Below are positions 56,648 to 64,000 of a stretch of 64,000 nucleotides of DNA, piece by piece. The notes beneath the pieces are model-generated. The model was not told the origin of the DNA, did no database searches, and worked only from the letters and a program-made list of their open reading frames with translations. A program made the position numbers and the translations under genes. How positions within the stretch are numbered: position 1 is the first letter of the stretch; every line of letters begins with the position of its first letter. The DNA lies in assembly GCA_964348135.1 (NCBI GenBank), contig CAYGBL010000010.1, forward strand, positions 5,656 through 69,655, written 5' to 3'. The stretch is from an uncultured Actinomycetota bacterium (lineage in GTDB: Bacteria > Actinomycetota > Aquicultoria > JACQXZ01 > CAYGBL01).

Positions 56648-56791
56648 CTATTTCTGACTACCAATTTTAAACATCTTTGTACCGCATGTCGAACAGGTTC
56701 CTGTTGTAGCTGGCTTTCCATTTTTCATTGTAATCTCAGTAGGATTTGCCATTTCTCTTTTAGTCTTACACTTCATACAATATGCTTCCAT
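56648..56791 (-). CDS. DUF5679-type small zinc-ribbon protein
   Basis: Manual translation gives MEAYCMKCKTKREMANPTEITMKNGKPATTGTCSTCGTKMFKIGSQK (47 aa, not in the ORF track). AAGGAGG lies 5 nt upstream of the ATG. Confidence 0.75.
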   Translation of the reverse strand: MEAYCMKCKTKREMANPTEITMKNGKPATTGTCSTCGTKMFKIGSQK

Positions 56792-56814
56792 TTACGCCTC
56801 CTTTAACTTATCCT

Positions 56815-57030
56815 TTAAGATCTTGCTTTACTTGTTGCCATATCTATTAACATAAGAGCAACGGCAAAGAGAAGCGAGGTGTCAGTAAATCGCAAAAAAG
56901 CTACTGGTGCCAGTTCAGCAACTGGAAAAACTATTCGTGCCAATCTTAGTATTATTGCAACAACAAGACTAATAGCTGCTATAACGACAAATATCCTGGC
57001 AATAAGTGTCATCTTTCCCACCCCCTTCAA
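56815..57030 (-). CDS. small two-TM membrane protein, unknown function
   Basis: A 71-aa hydrophobic ORF immediately downstream of the DUF5679 gene. Confidence 0.45.
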   Translation of the reverse strand: MKGVGKMTLIARIFVVIAAISLVVAIILRLARIVFPVAELAPVAFLRFTDTSLLFAVALMLIDMATSKARS

Positions 57031-57128
57031 CAGACTTTAGCCAGCCTAGAAAAGGTTTCTACTTTAATCAAAAAAATCCTAGAATTTAAATAGTTTTTGT
57101 TATTAGGATATTTGTATATACTTAGGGT

Positions 57129-57782
57129 ATGTTCAAGAATCGGTTAGAAGCTGGATACAAGCTGGCTAAAGAACTAGAAGGGTTTGTGAACAAGAAACTC
57201 TTCTTGATAAGTATCGCACGCGGCGGTGTGCCTGTCGCTTTTGCTATCTCCCAAAAACTGAATGTTCCCATTGATGTAATAATCCCTTGTAAAATACCTA
57301 TACCCTGGAATCCTGAAGCTGGATTCGGAGCAGTTACAGCAGATGGTGCTATTGTATTAAACGAACCTATGGTAGCCAGTCTGGAACTTACACCAGAAGA
57401 AATACAAAGGGAAGTTGCTAAAATAAAAGTAGAAATCGAACGTAGAAATAAAGAGTATAGAGGGAATAAACCTTTCCCCTACCTGGAAGGGAAAACAGCA
57501 GTCATTATTGACGACGGTCTCGCTTCTGGTTATACAATGTTAGCAGCAATTGAATCAGTTAAAAAACATCATCCTGCAAGAGTTATTGTTGCCGTACCTG
57601 CTGCCTCAAATAGTGCGGTTCGTCTGGTTAAATCACAAGTTGACGAGCTAATCTGTCTCATCTCTCAGGATAAAATTGCTTTCGCTGTTGCAGATTATTA
57701 TGAAGAATGGACAGACCTTAGTGATCAAGAAGTTATCCAGTATTTAAAGAAAGCGGAAAAGCTTCAAGCTGGTTCCAGTTAA
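57129..57782 (+). CDS. phosphoribosyltransferase family protein
   Basis: PRPP-binding loop AVIIDDGLASGYT. Confidence 0.85.
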   Translation: MFKNRLEAGYKLAKELEGFVNKKLFLISIARGGVPVAFAISQKLNVPIDVIIPCKIPIPWNPEAGFGAVTADGAIVLNEPMVASLELTPEEIQREVAKIKVEIERRNKEYRGNKPFPYLEGKTAVIIDDGLASGYTMLAAIESVKKHHPARVIVAVPAASNSAVRLVKSQVDELICLISQDKIAFAVADYYEEWTDLSDQEVIQYLKKAEKLQAGSS

Positions 57783-57792
57783 GAACATACTT

Positions 57793-57999
57793 TTATTTTT
57801 CCAGATCCTTAATCTCCTTATCGACTTCCTTTAGCTCTTCTTCTAAATCTTCCTTATATTCTTTGAGCATTTGCAGATATTCCTCTTTTTTGGAGAAATA
57901 CCGTGGCTGATGGAAGTAAAAGCCCCACTGAGGAAAAGCAAAATCGACTATTCTGCCCCAGGGCCCAAATCTACCGAATCTCCTATAATGGTGCATCAT
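57793..57999 (-). CDS. small protein with an aromatic/Arg-rich N-terminus and an acidic coiled coil (DUF5320-like)
   Basis: MMHHYRRFGRFGPWG...KEYKEDLEEELKEVDKEIKDLEK. The family call is tentative. Confidence 0.45.
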   Translation of the reverse strand: MMHHYRRFGRFGPWGRIVDFAFPQWGFYFHQPRYFSKKEEYLQMLKEYKEDLEEELKEVDKEIKDLEK

Positions 58000-58100
58000 T
58001 TCTTAACACCTCCATCATAAATTCTACCCCCTGCCATGGATCAAACAAATAAAAACTAGATTTTGAAGGACTTTGTTTTCCGCCACCGAACACTATTTTC

Positions 58101-59519
58101 GTGAAAAATGGCATGCAAACAAACAGGAAAACAAAGATATTTCTACTCCTAATTGCAGTTCTGCTTCTCCTTGGCTGTACGTCCAAAAAGACTATAAAAA
58201 GAATCAAGCCCCCCAAGCCACTCAAGTACGAAATTAAAGATGTAAACGCCCTTGTCTCCGATGATATGGAAGCAGTGAAACCTGATCTTGACTCCAATCT
58301 CTCTGCAGAAAGTCAAAAAATTGTGTCACTACTAACAGATTATACAAACAAAGCCTTTCTCAAGCCTAAGGAGCGTTCGCTCCGAAATAATATCTTCCTT
58401 GCCCCTTTCTCGCAAAAACTTAAGGAACAAGAAGGAGATCAGTGGGATGGTCTCAGCCTGGGAGATGCAACATCTTTGATAAAGAGGCTTTCTAAAACCG
58501 AAGGCGAGATTCCAGGGTTATGGATCTATTTTAACGACAACCTGCAACCACTTCTAGCTTCTCTGGATTTCAACTTCATGGCTACCTATGAGTTAAAAGA
58601 TGAACAATTGGCTCATCTCAAAGGTCAGGGAAATTTTGTCTTAGAAGCTCAGAATGAAAATAGATGGAAGATTATTGGTTATCAATTTAGACATGAGATA
58701 AAAAGTCAAATTAGTCGACCTGAATCCAAGAATGAGCAGAATTATCCTCTTAAGCTGGAGCGAGTTAGAGAATCCACCAGCTGGGAAGACAAACGTCCAA
58801 TAACTATCCTCCTCTTGGGAAGCGACTCCCGAACTGAAGACATAGGAGGAAGAAGTGACGCCATTATGCTAATAAAGGTCAACCCTATTAGTAAAAAGGC
58901 AATCCTTGTTTCTTTCCCACGAGATGCTCGCATCAACATTCCCGGATATGGCGCTACCAGGATAAACAATGCTATGGCCTATGGGGGACCACAGCTTGCT
59001 GTACGTACTATAGAGAACTACAGTGGAATTTCTATTGACTATTTTGCTGTTACGACTTTTAAAGGCTTTGTAAGAATGATGGACAACATAGGAGGTCTGC
59101 AGATAACTATTAATGAACCAATCCACGACCGGTTTGCCGGAGCATTTCTTCCTGCAGGTTTTCAGAAATTAAATGGTGGACAAGTGCTTGCATACTCTCG
59201 AGCTCGGCATATTCCTGGTGGTGACCTCACACGAGCATCTCATCAACAGCATATAGTAACTGCCCTTTTTGAACAGCTCCAAAACCATAATTCTGCATTC
59301 GATATTCTGAATCTCATTCCATTAATCACTAAGAACATAACTACCAATCTTTCTGCCAAAGAGATGTTTATCTTGGCTAAAGGAGTGTTTTCAGTTAAAA
59401 GGGAGAATGTAGAAGCAATAGTCCTACCAGGATATATGAAGACAATTGGCGGTGCTAGTTATATCATCCTTAATACCTCAAAGGCCGAGGAGGTATTTGA
59501 GAAAGTAAAGACTTTATAG
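58101..59519 (+). CDS. LytR/CpsA/Psr (LCP) family protein with an N-terminal lipoprotein signal and an extra N-terminal domain
   Basis: Lipobox LLLGC. LCP core ILLLGSDSR...GRSDAIMLIKVNP...SFPRD...RINNA. Possible starts are GTG 58101 or ATG 58113. Confidence 0.88.
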   Translation: MKNGMQTNRKTKIFLLLIAVLLLLGCTSKKTIKRIKPPKPLKYEIKDVNALVSDDMEAVKPDLDSNLSAESQKIVSLLTDYTNKAFLKPKERSLRNNIFLAPFSQKLKEQEGDQWDGLSLGDATSLIKRLSKTEGEIPGLWIYFNDNLQPLLASLDFNFMATYELKDEQLAHLKGQGNFVLEAQNENRWKIIGYQFRHEIKSQISRPESKNEQNYPLKLERVRESTSWEDKRPITILLLGSDSRTEDIGGRSDAIMLIKVNPISKKAILVSFPRDARINIPGYGATRINNAMAYGGPQLAVRTIENYSGISIDYFAVTTFKGFVRMMDNIGGLQITINEPIHDRFAGAFLPAGFQKLNGGQVLAYSRARHIPGGDLTRASHQQHIVTALFEQLQNHNSAFDILNLIPLITKNITTNLSAKEMFILAKGVFSVKRENVEAIVLPGYMKTIGGASYIILNTSKAEEVFEKVKTL

Positions 59520-59780
59520 TTTATAATTCATATCCTAAAGCCGTAATCTGATATAAAGGAATTCAAGGAGCCAAAGCACCGAGCGTAAATCTTAAAAAAC
59601 AAAAACTTGAATCCCGCAATCCCACCAAGCAGTTCATCTAAAAATATTTTTAGTAACCTGCAATAATTGTTTAGTTATTTAAGCACCAAGAATAAAAATC
59701 CCCCTAAATATGGCTTATTTCTGCACTTTTTCGCTGCAGGAAAGGAATTTACATTTTTTTTAAAAATTTAAGATTAATAC

Positions 59781-59809
59781 TTGACAAATGCAAATAGAGG
59801 TGTAACATA
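59781..59809 (+). promoter_or_regulatory. candidate promoter for the orphan RNA
   Basis: TTGACA (59781-59786), a 16-nt spacer, then TAACAT (59803-59808). Confidence 0.45.
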
Positions 59810-59814
59810 GAGTA

Positions 59815-59952
59815 TGTCCCAAGAAGCCATTAGGCAACCTTGCTGGAAGGTGTCAAGCCAGAAGGCAAGAGTCCCGAGGGTTTCTTGGGACTAATGGCCC
59901 TAGAGGATCAGTAGGGGGAAACCCTGAAAGTTTTCTGGGGCCATTTGTTTTT
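59815..59952 (+). ncRNA. candidate structured small RNA or orphan riboswitch-like element, class not recognised
   Basis: A 10-bp helix pairs GUCCCAAGAA (59816-25) with UUCUUGGGAC (59882-91). Internal hairpins are present (CUUGCUGG...CCAGAAGGCAAG; CCCGAGGG; AGGGGGAAACCCU). The terminal stem pairs AAUGGCCC with GGGCCAUU and is followed by UGUUUUU. It lies between convergent genes. Confidence 0.5.
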
Positions 59953-60016
59953 GCTCCTTTTCATAATTTTGTAGTCATATTATAAAATATACATCATATA
60001 AGCTGCATGATTACTC

Positions 60017-60122
60017 TGAAATCCAAAAATCAAAATGAATAAATCAAAATTATAGATAAAAATTTTAAATTTTTGGATTTTGAATTGTGATTTCACATTT
60101 TGAATTTTTAGTTTTGCTTTTC
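60017..60122 (-). repeat. A/T-rich family A element flush with the stop of the PflX-like gene
   Basis: Units: ccaaaaa tcaaaat gaataaa tcaaaat ... tttggat tttgaat tgtgatt tcacatt ttgaatt tttagtt ttgcttt. aaatccaaaa (60019-28) is complementary to ttttggattt (60071-80). Confidence 0.8.
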
Positions 60123-61160
60123 TTAACATACCTCAATCTCAAATTCCTCAGCTAACTCTAAAGCTCGCTTTTTTTCTTCCAGGTTTAAGATCCGATTTAT
60201 TTCCGGATAGTTATGTGCCTTATATTCTGGATGATATTGAAACATAAGATTGAAATACACAGTTGGGATATTTTCGTGAACCCACTGCATAATGGACTTT
60301 GTGCAACACTCAAGATGGTTAGGTATGACTAGATGCCGAAGGATTACATCGGCTTGTTTAAAAGCCCTGCTAAAATTGCGAGAAACTACGAAAAAATAAT
60401 TTCCCACATCAGAATATTTACCTGCGCAACGATCATTTCCATAACGTAAATCGGCTAAATATAAGTCCACAATCCCTTCTAAAAGTGAAGCAGTTTCCGA
60501 TGAGTGATACATATTAGAATTCCAGATCATTGCTATATTAAGATTAACCTGCTTAATTATTCTTAAAATGGTAAAAAGATGGGGATCAGGGTTTCCACCT
60601 ACAAAATTCACGTTTTTTGAACCAAAAGCGTGCCGCATCTTTATGATTCTTGCCATCTCCTCTAACTCGATCACTCTTCCTGCAGAGGGACAGGCAGCAA
60701 TTTCCCAGTTTTGACAGTAGCAGCAGCTAAAGGTACAACCAGAGAAGAAAATGGTATGAGAAGGTACTAATTCTGGTTCTTCTCCCCAATGGAGAAACTC
60801 CGAAGAATAGTAAGAAGTGCTATCAACTCCACAGTAACCAGTTTCTCCTTGAATTCGATTGGCACCGCACCGTCTTTCGCAAAAATGGCAATCGGAAAGA
60901 ATTCGCCTCGCCAGTTCAATCTTCAAATCAAGCATGGAAGGAGCGGCTGGAGCTATTTTTTCTACGAATTCTTTATTTTTATGCCTGAGCTCTTTATGCT
61001 CCAACACTGCTCGGGAATGTGCCGCCCAAAGATTCGATTCGCTCTGAGAACTGAGCTCGTCAAGATCAATCTTCACTCTTTTAGCAATTAAGTTATTTGC
61101 CAATCGTCTTTTATCGAGAATAGCTTGATAATTTACAAGTTTATTTTCAATTTTTCTCAT
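60123..61160 (-). CDS. radical SAM protein, PflX-like (COG1313 type activase homolog)
   Basis: N-terminal CHFCERRCGANR...GYCG and the radical SAM motif GCTFSCCYCQNW. The start is uncertain (ATG 61160 or TTG 61205). Confidence 0.8.
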   Translation of the reverse strand: MRKIENKLVNYQAILDKRRLANNLIAKRVKIDLDELSSQSESNLWAAHSRAVLEHKELRHKNKEFVEKIAPAAPSMLDLKIELARRILSDCHFCERRCGANRIQGETGYCGVDSTSYYSSEFLHWGEEPELVPSHTIFFSGCTFSCCYCQNWEIAACPSAGRVIELEEMARIIKMRHAFGSKNVNFVGGNPDPHLFTILRIIKQVNLNIAMIWNSNMYHSSETASLLEGIVDLYLADLRYGNDRCAGKYSDVGNYFFVVSRNFSRAFKQADVILRHLVIPNHLECCTKSIMQWVHENIPTVYFNLMFQYHPEYKAHNYPEINRILNLEEKKRALELAEEFEIEVC

Positions 61161-61348
61161 TGATGTCACTTTGTACTTTATTGCTATATATTTATATAAT
61201 AACAAAATAGCAACTAGATTTTGCTGTGCTTAACGGTATATTGTAATCCTTAGTATGAAAAATGCATATGTGATAAGATTAATCAAAAGTGTAAATATAG
61301 GAATGATAAGTGCCTTTTGGGTCAAGATCCAAGAATGGGAGTAATGGG

Positions 61349-61717
61349 ATGCCAAAGAAGATTTTAGTAGTCGATGATCAACCAGACATTGTAAGGTTGG
61401 CAAAGACTAAATTAACCAGCGAAGGTTTCGATGTCGTAGAAGCATATAATGGAGAGGAAGCCCTTGAGAAGGTTAATTCAGAAAACCCTGACTTAATTAT
61501 TTTAGACGTAATGATGCCCAAGATGGACGGATGGGAAGTAGCTAGACGATTGAAATCCAGCGACACGACTAAAGATATTCCCATCATAATGCTAACTGCG
61601 AGAGGGCTGGGAGAAGAATCTGTGGATGAATTTAGTCAGGTCGAAGAATATTATACCAAACCATTTAGCCCCCAGGGGCTTGCGAAGCTGGCAAAAAAGC
61701 TTTTGCATCAATCCTGA
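61349..61717 (+). CDS. single-domain response regulator (CheY-like receiver)
   Basis: KILVVDDQPD...DLIILDVMMPKMDG...PIIMLTA. No output domain is present. Confidence 0.9.
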   Translation: MPKKILVVDDQPDIVRLAKTKLTSEGFDVVEAYNGEEALEKVNSENPDLIILDVMMPKMDGWEVARRLKSSDTTKDIPIIMLTARGLGEESVDEFSQVEEYYTKPFSPQGLAKLAKKLLHQS

Positions 61718-61752
61718 TACAGATCCTAATCTTTCTATCTAACCTCTTTCAT

Positions 61753-62364
61753 TTATTCAATAAACCTGACTATCTCTTTCAAAGACCTGCGTGGTTGAGG
61801 TGGGGGTATCCGAGCAGGCCGTCCCAGAGGAACCAGAGCCATCAAATTACTACCATCCTCTATATTAAGTATTTCTTCCAATCTTTCAATTGCAACTAAA
61901 GGCCCGGTCATCCAGCATGCTCCGTAACCCAGAGCATGCGCCGCTAATAATAGATTCTGAACGGCAGCAGCAACACTCTGCTCATCACTATGGTGGTAAA
62001 TTGTAAAACCTCGTTTTTCCAAAATTTGAGACATTGAAGACTTGTAATGTCTAACAACTATTGCTATAACTACAGGCGCATGCGTGAAAAAAGTGAAGAG
62101 ATACCTATACTTTCTCAGATCTTTCTCACACCCTTTTGTCTCTGGCCAGTTAAGCAATTCATCCATTCTCTCATGAACTGCTTGTGCCATTTCTTCTATG
62201 ACCTTCTCTTTTCTAATAACAATGAAATTCCATGGCTGTCGGTTATTACCCGAGGGCGCTTGTCGTGCAGCATCGATTATTTTATAAATGTCCTCGTCAT
62301 AAACGGGTTCATTTGTAAATTTTCTGATACTTCTTCGGCTTTTCAGTGCCTCGAACAGTTCCAC
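61753..62364 (-). CDS. nitroreductase family protein
   Basis: RRSIRKF...APSGNNRQPW signature. Confidence 0.88.
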   Translation of the reverse strand: MELFEALKSRRSIRKFTNEPVYDEDIYKIIDAARQAPSGNNRQPWNFIVIRKEKVIEEMAQAVHERMDELLNWPETKGCEKDLRKYRYLFTFFTHAPVVIAIVVRHYKSSMSQILEKRGFTIYHHSDEQSVAAAVQNLLLAAHALGYGACWMTGPLVAIERLEEILNIEDGSNLMALVPLGRPARIPPPQPRRSLKEIVRFIE

Positions 62365-62366
62365 AC

Positions 62367-62795
62367 TTATCCTTTAGCTTTACGAATAATCCGTATAAAT
62401 TCAGCAGGTCTTACTACTTCTAATCTTGCCACCTTTCCCAACTTCAACATATGCACATCATTAGTAACAATATAATCAGCATTAGCTGTAATAGCACAAT
62501 CCATAAACTTGTTGTCTTCTCTATCTTCCTTAATAAGCATATGTTTTCTTGCTTTGCTTACTTTCTTGCCTTGCCTAAAGATATCATTTATCTTTTCCTT
62601 ATATTTCTCGGATGCACCAATATTTCTAAGAATAAGTCCAGCTTCCTTAAGTATGCTTCCCGTATATAGAACTTTAAAATTGGCTTTGCTAAGACAGAGT
62701 TTAATTATTGCAGCCGAAGCACTCCTGGGATTGAAATAGCCAGCTACCAGAAGGTTAGTATCCAGAACTATTCTAATAATCTTTCTCTTTGTCAA
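62367..62795 (-). CDS. PIN-domain protein (putative toxin, TIGR00305-like)
   Basis: The N-terminal IVLDTNLLV and downstream acidic residues (EDREDNKFMDCA, TNDVH) fit a PIN fold. Confidence 0.75.
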   Translation of the reverse strand: MTKRKIIRIVLDTNLLVAGYFNPRSASAAIIKLCLSKANFKVLYTGSILKEAGLILRNIGASEKYKEKINDIFRQGKKVSKARKHMLIKEDREDNKFMDCAITANADYIVTNDVHMLKLGKVARLEVVRPAEFIRIIRKAKG

Positions 62796-63907
62796 TGACT
62801 TCGGCCCATCCTTCTGGCTGCCTGAATTACCCCTTCTTCTCCCTTTAAAATACGGGCAATTAGAGCTGATTTATTGCCCTGATTCCCTATTAAAATACGC
62901 CAGTTCTCTTTAGGTCTAGCACCCCACCTATATTTGTAAGCTTCAGCTCCTCTTAAAAAATCAAAATATTCATATTCTTCTTTGATTAGCTCTCTAATCA
63001 CATGGGCAACAAGAACCGTCCCTGGACTTAGTCTGCTTAGGCTGGGGTCGAAGCCACCTAAATAGTAGTAAAATATTTTTTTATATTTAAATCCATATAG
63101 AGAGGCAGCTATTTTTTTATTTAGCTCCAGATTGTATAAAACCAGCTGTCCGTCTTGATACAATGTGGATGAAACTGCCCGGTGGAATTTTTTAAAGCGG
63201 GGCTGGATAAAAAGCCCTGGTTGATACTTTCTAAACCATCGTTTTTGGTGAAGAGACATAAAAACATTTAGGCTTTTTTCAAGAGATTGCCTTCCATCAA
63301 TATCTTTCATATTCGCATTATATGTCCTATTTATTCTTCGTGTGCTGTACTCTATATTCCACCTCATCTTTTTACTAAGATTTTTCTTAAAGTCGCTCCA
63401 GCTTGCAGGAAGGTTAACCTTCAAACAGTAGTCCTGGACAATAGTATCGATCCATATTCCTTTATTAAGCGGTTGTTTTCGGAGAAACTCTAAAGCGGGA
63501 CTGGAAAGGGGTATTTGCTGAAAATCAATAAGATGCCAATTCTGTTTTGTTCCAAAAAGATAATCAAAGAGAGAAGTAAGAAATTGTTCTTCTCTACCCG
63601 GACTATAAATAAAGTCCAAGTAATCCGAAGGCCCAAGACCCATAAGACCAATAATTTTGACAGGAAGTCCTGCATAGAGTGACGAGATAAAAAGAGGAGC
63701 TATTCCAATTATCTTTTCTCTATCCCATACGAGAAGAATGAATAACTCCCTACCTGACCCATAGGCCTTCCACCATTCCCAGAGCCAATCCCAGGTCTGA
63801 AATATGGTAACATGCCTGGATTTCTCTGCCAGCTCCTCCCAAAGCTGTTTAATTTCGTTGAACTCTGAGAGTGTATTTATCTCCTCAACTCTTAAATTTC
63901 TTCTCAT
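62792..63907 (-). CDS. GNAT family acetyltransferase (CelD/BioF2-like, FemAB-type fold)
   Basis: FQTWDWLWEWWKAYG at the N-terminus and a C-terminal YLGGFDP...SPG..L....I.....EY..FDFLRG.E.YK..WGA pattern. Confidence 0.8.
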   Translation of the reverse strand: MRRNLRVEEINTLSEFNEIKQLWEELAEKSRHVTIFQTWDWLWEWWKAYGSGRELFILLVWDREKIIGIAPLFISSLYAGLPVKIIGLMGLGPSDYLDFIYSPGREEQFLTSLFDYLFGTKQNWHLIDFQQIPLSSPALEFLRKQPLNKGIWIDTIVQDYCLKVNLPASWSDFKKNLSKKMRWNIEYSTRRINRTYNANMKDIDGRQSLEKSLNVFMSLHQKRWFRKYQPGLFIQPRFKKFHRAVSSTLYQDGQLVLYNLELNKKIAASLYGFKYKKIFYYYLGGFDPSLSRLSPGTVLVAHVIRELIKEEYEYFDFLRGAEAYKYRWGARPKENWRILIGNQGNKSALIARILKGEEGVIQAARRMGRSH

Positions 63908-63909
63908 AG

Positions 63910-64000
63910 TTAAGTATCGGCTCCCAAAGTTTTGCTATCCATGCTGAATAGCATGAATATATCGTTCCCTTCGTGGTAAAATGTCACATCTAACTGATCT
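63910..64000 (-). CDS. C-terminal fragment of an unidentified protein (gene starts beyond the window)
   Basis: The open frame ends ...DQLDVTFYHEGNDIFMLFSMDSKTLGADT-TAA, 2 nt before the GNAT start. Confidence 0.35.
   Translation of the reverse strand, partial: DQLDVTFYHEGNDIFMLFSMDSKTLGADT

Noticed and set aside
57983-58297. A 104-aa minus-strand ORF overlapping the LCP gene start
   Set aside because: It overlaps the well-supported LCP signal-peptide region on the other strand, and it has no RBS or domain signature.
59815-59952. Assignment of the orphan RNA to SRP (4.5S), 6S, tmRNA, glycine or glutamine riboswitch classes
   Set aside because: The diagnostic motifs are absent or only partially mimicked. 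These include GGUCCGGAAGGAAGCAGCC for SRP, the tRNA-like end for tmRNA, and the glycine and glutamine consensus blocks. It is therefore left unclassified.

Overview
This is a densely coding, AT-rich bacterial chromosomal window, and most of it is cofactor metabolism. I saw no rRNA, CRISPR array, transposase, integrase or phage genes. There are six blocks. (1) 1-15350: a minus-strand heme and cytochrome c block containing a NirJ/Ahb-like radical SAM gene, hemB, tRNA-Ala, a GGDEF/EAL protein, cobA-hemD, hemC, hemA, sirC and a HemX/CcsA-like protein. It continues with System I maturation genes in the order ccmE-F-A-B-C-D, where CcmE is the Cys-type CxxxY variant and ccmD is a 54-aa gene missing from the ORF track. 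A divergent CcmC-like paralog sits on the plus strand. (2) 15354-24501: a molybdenum/tungsten cofactor block (tupABC, moeA, moaA, moaC, MOSC, mogA, a MobB-like gene and mobA) with two Moco-type riboswitches, each followed by a terminator hairpin. (3) 24562-32255: DUF3343 and LysR, divergent from an operon encoding a YdjY-like lipoprotein, a DedA/TVP38 protein, a flippase-like protein, a C_GCAxxG_C_C protein, a membrane protein, a GT2 and an unusual ArsM-like methyltransferase fused to a radical SAM/SPASM domain. (4) 35603-40485: a TPP riboswitch followed by thiM-thiE-thiC-thiL-thiD. (5) 42692-48296: a selenium block with selD (in-frame UGA selenocysteine, probable CUG start), yedF, selA, selB and tRNA-Sec. 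(6) Miscellaneous genes: tatA, rex, a site-2 protease, an EndoQ-like nuclease, a PfkB kinase, MTAP, MgtC, a Cas4-like PD-(D/E)XK nuclease, small zinc-ribbon proteins, an LCP protein, PflX-like radical SAM, a CheY-like receiver and a GNAT-PIN-nitroreductase operon. The strongest signal outside the genes is in the spacers inside and between operons. They are built from phase-coherent, degenerate 7-nt tandem repeats. Several repeat families recur at distant loci in a fixed orientation relative to the flanking gene, and some arrays are translated as low-complexity protein tails. An orphan promoter-plus-terminator structured RNA lies at 59.8 kb. The taxon cannot be assigned from the sequence alone. 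The gene content (Ahb-type heme route, Cys-type CcmE, tungstate uptake, Rex, Sec machinery) suggests an anaerobe.
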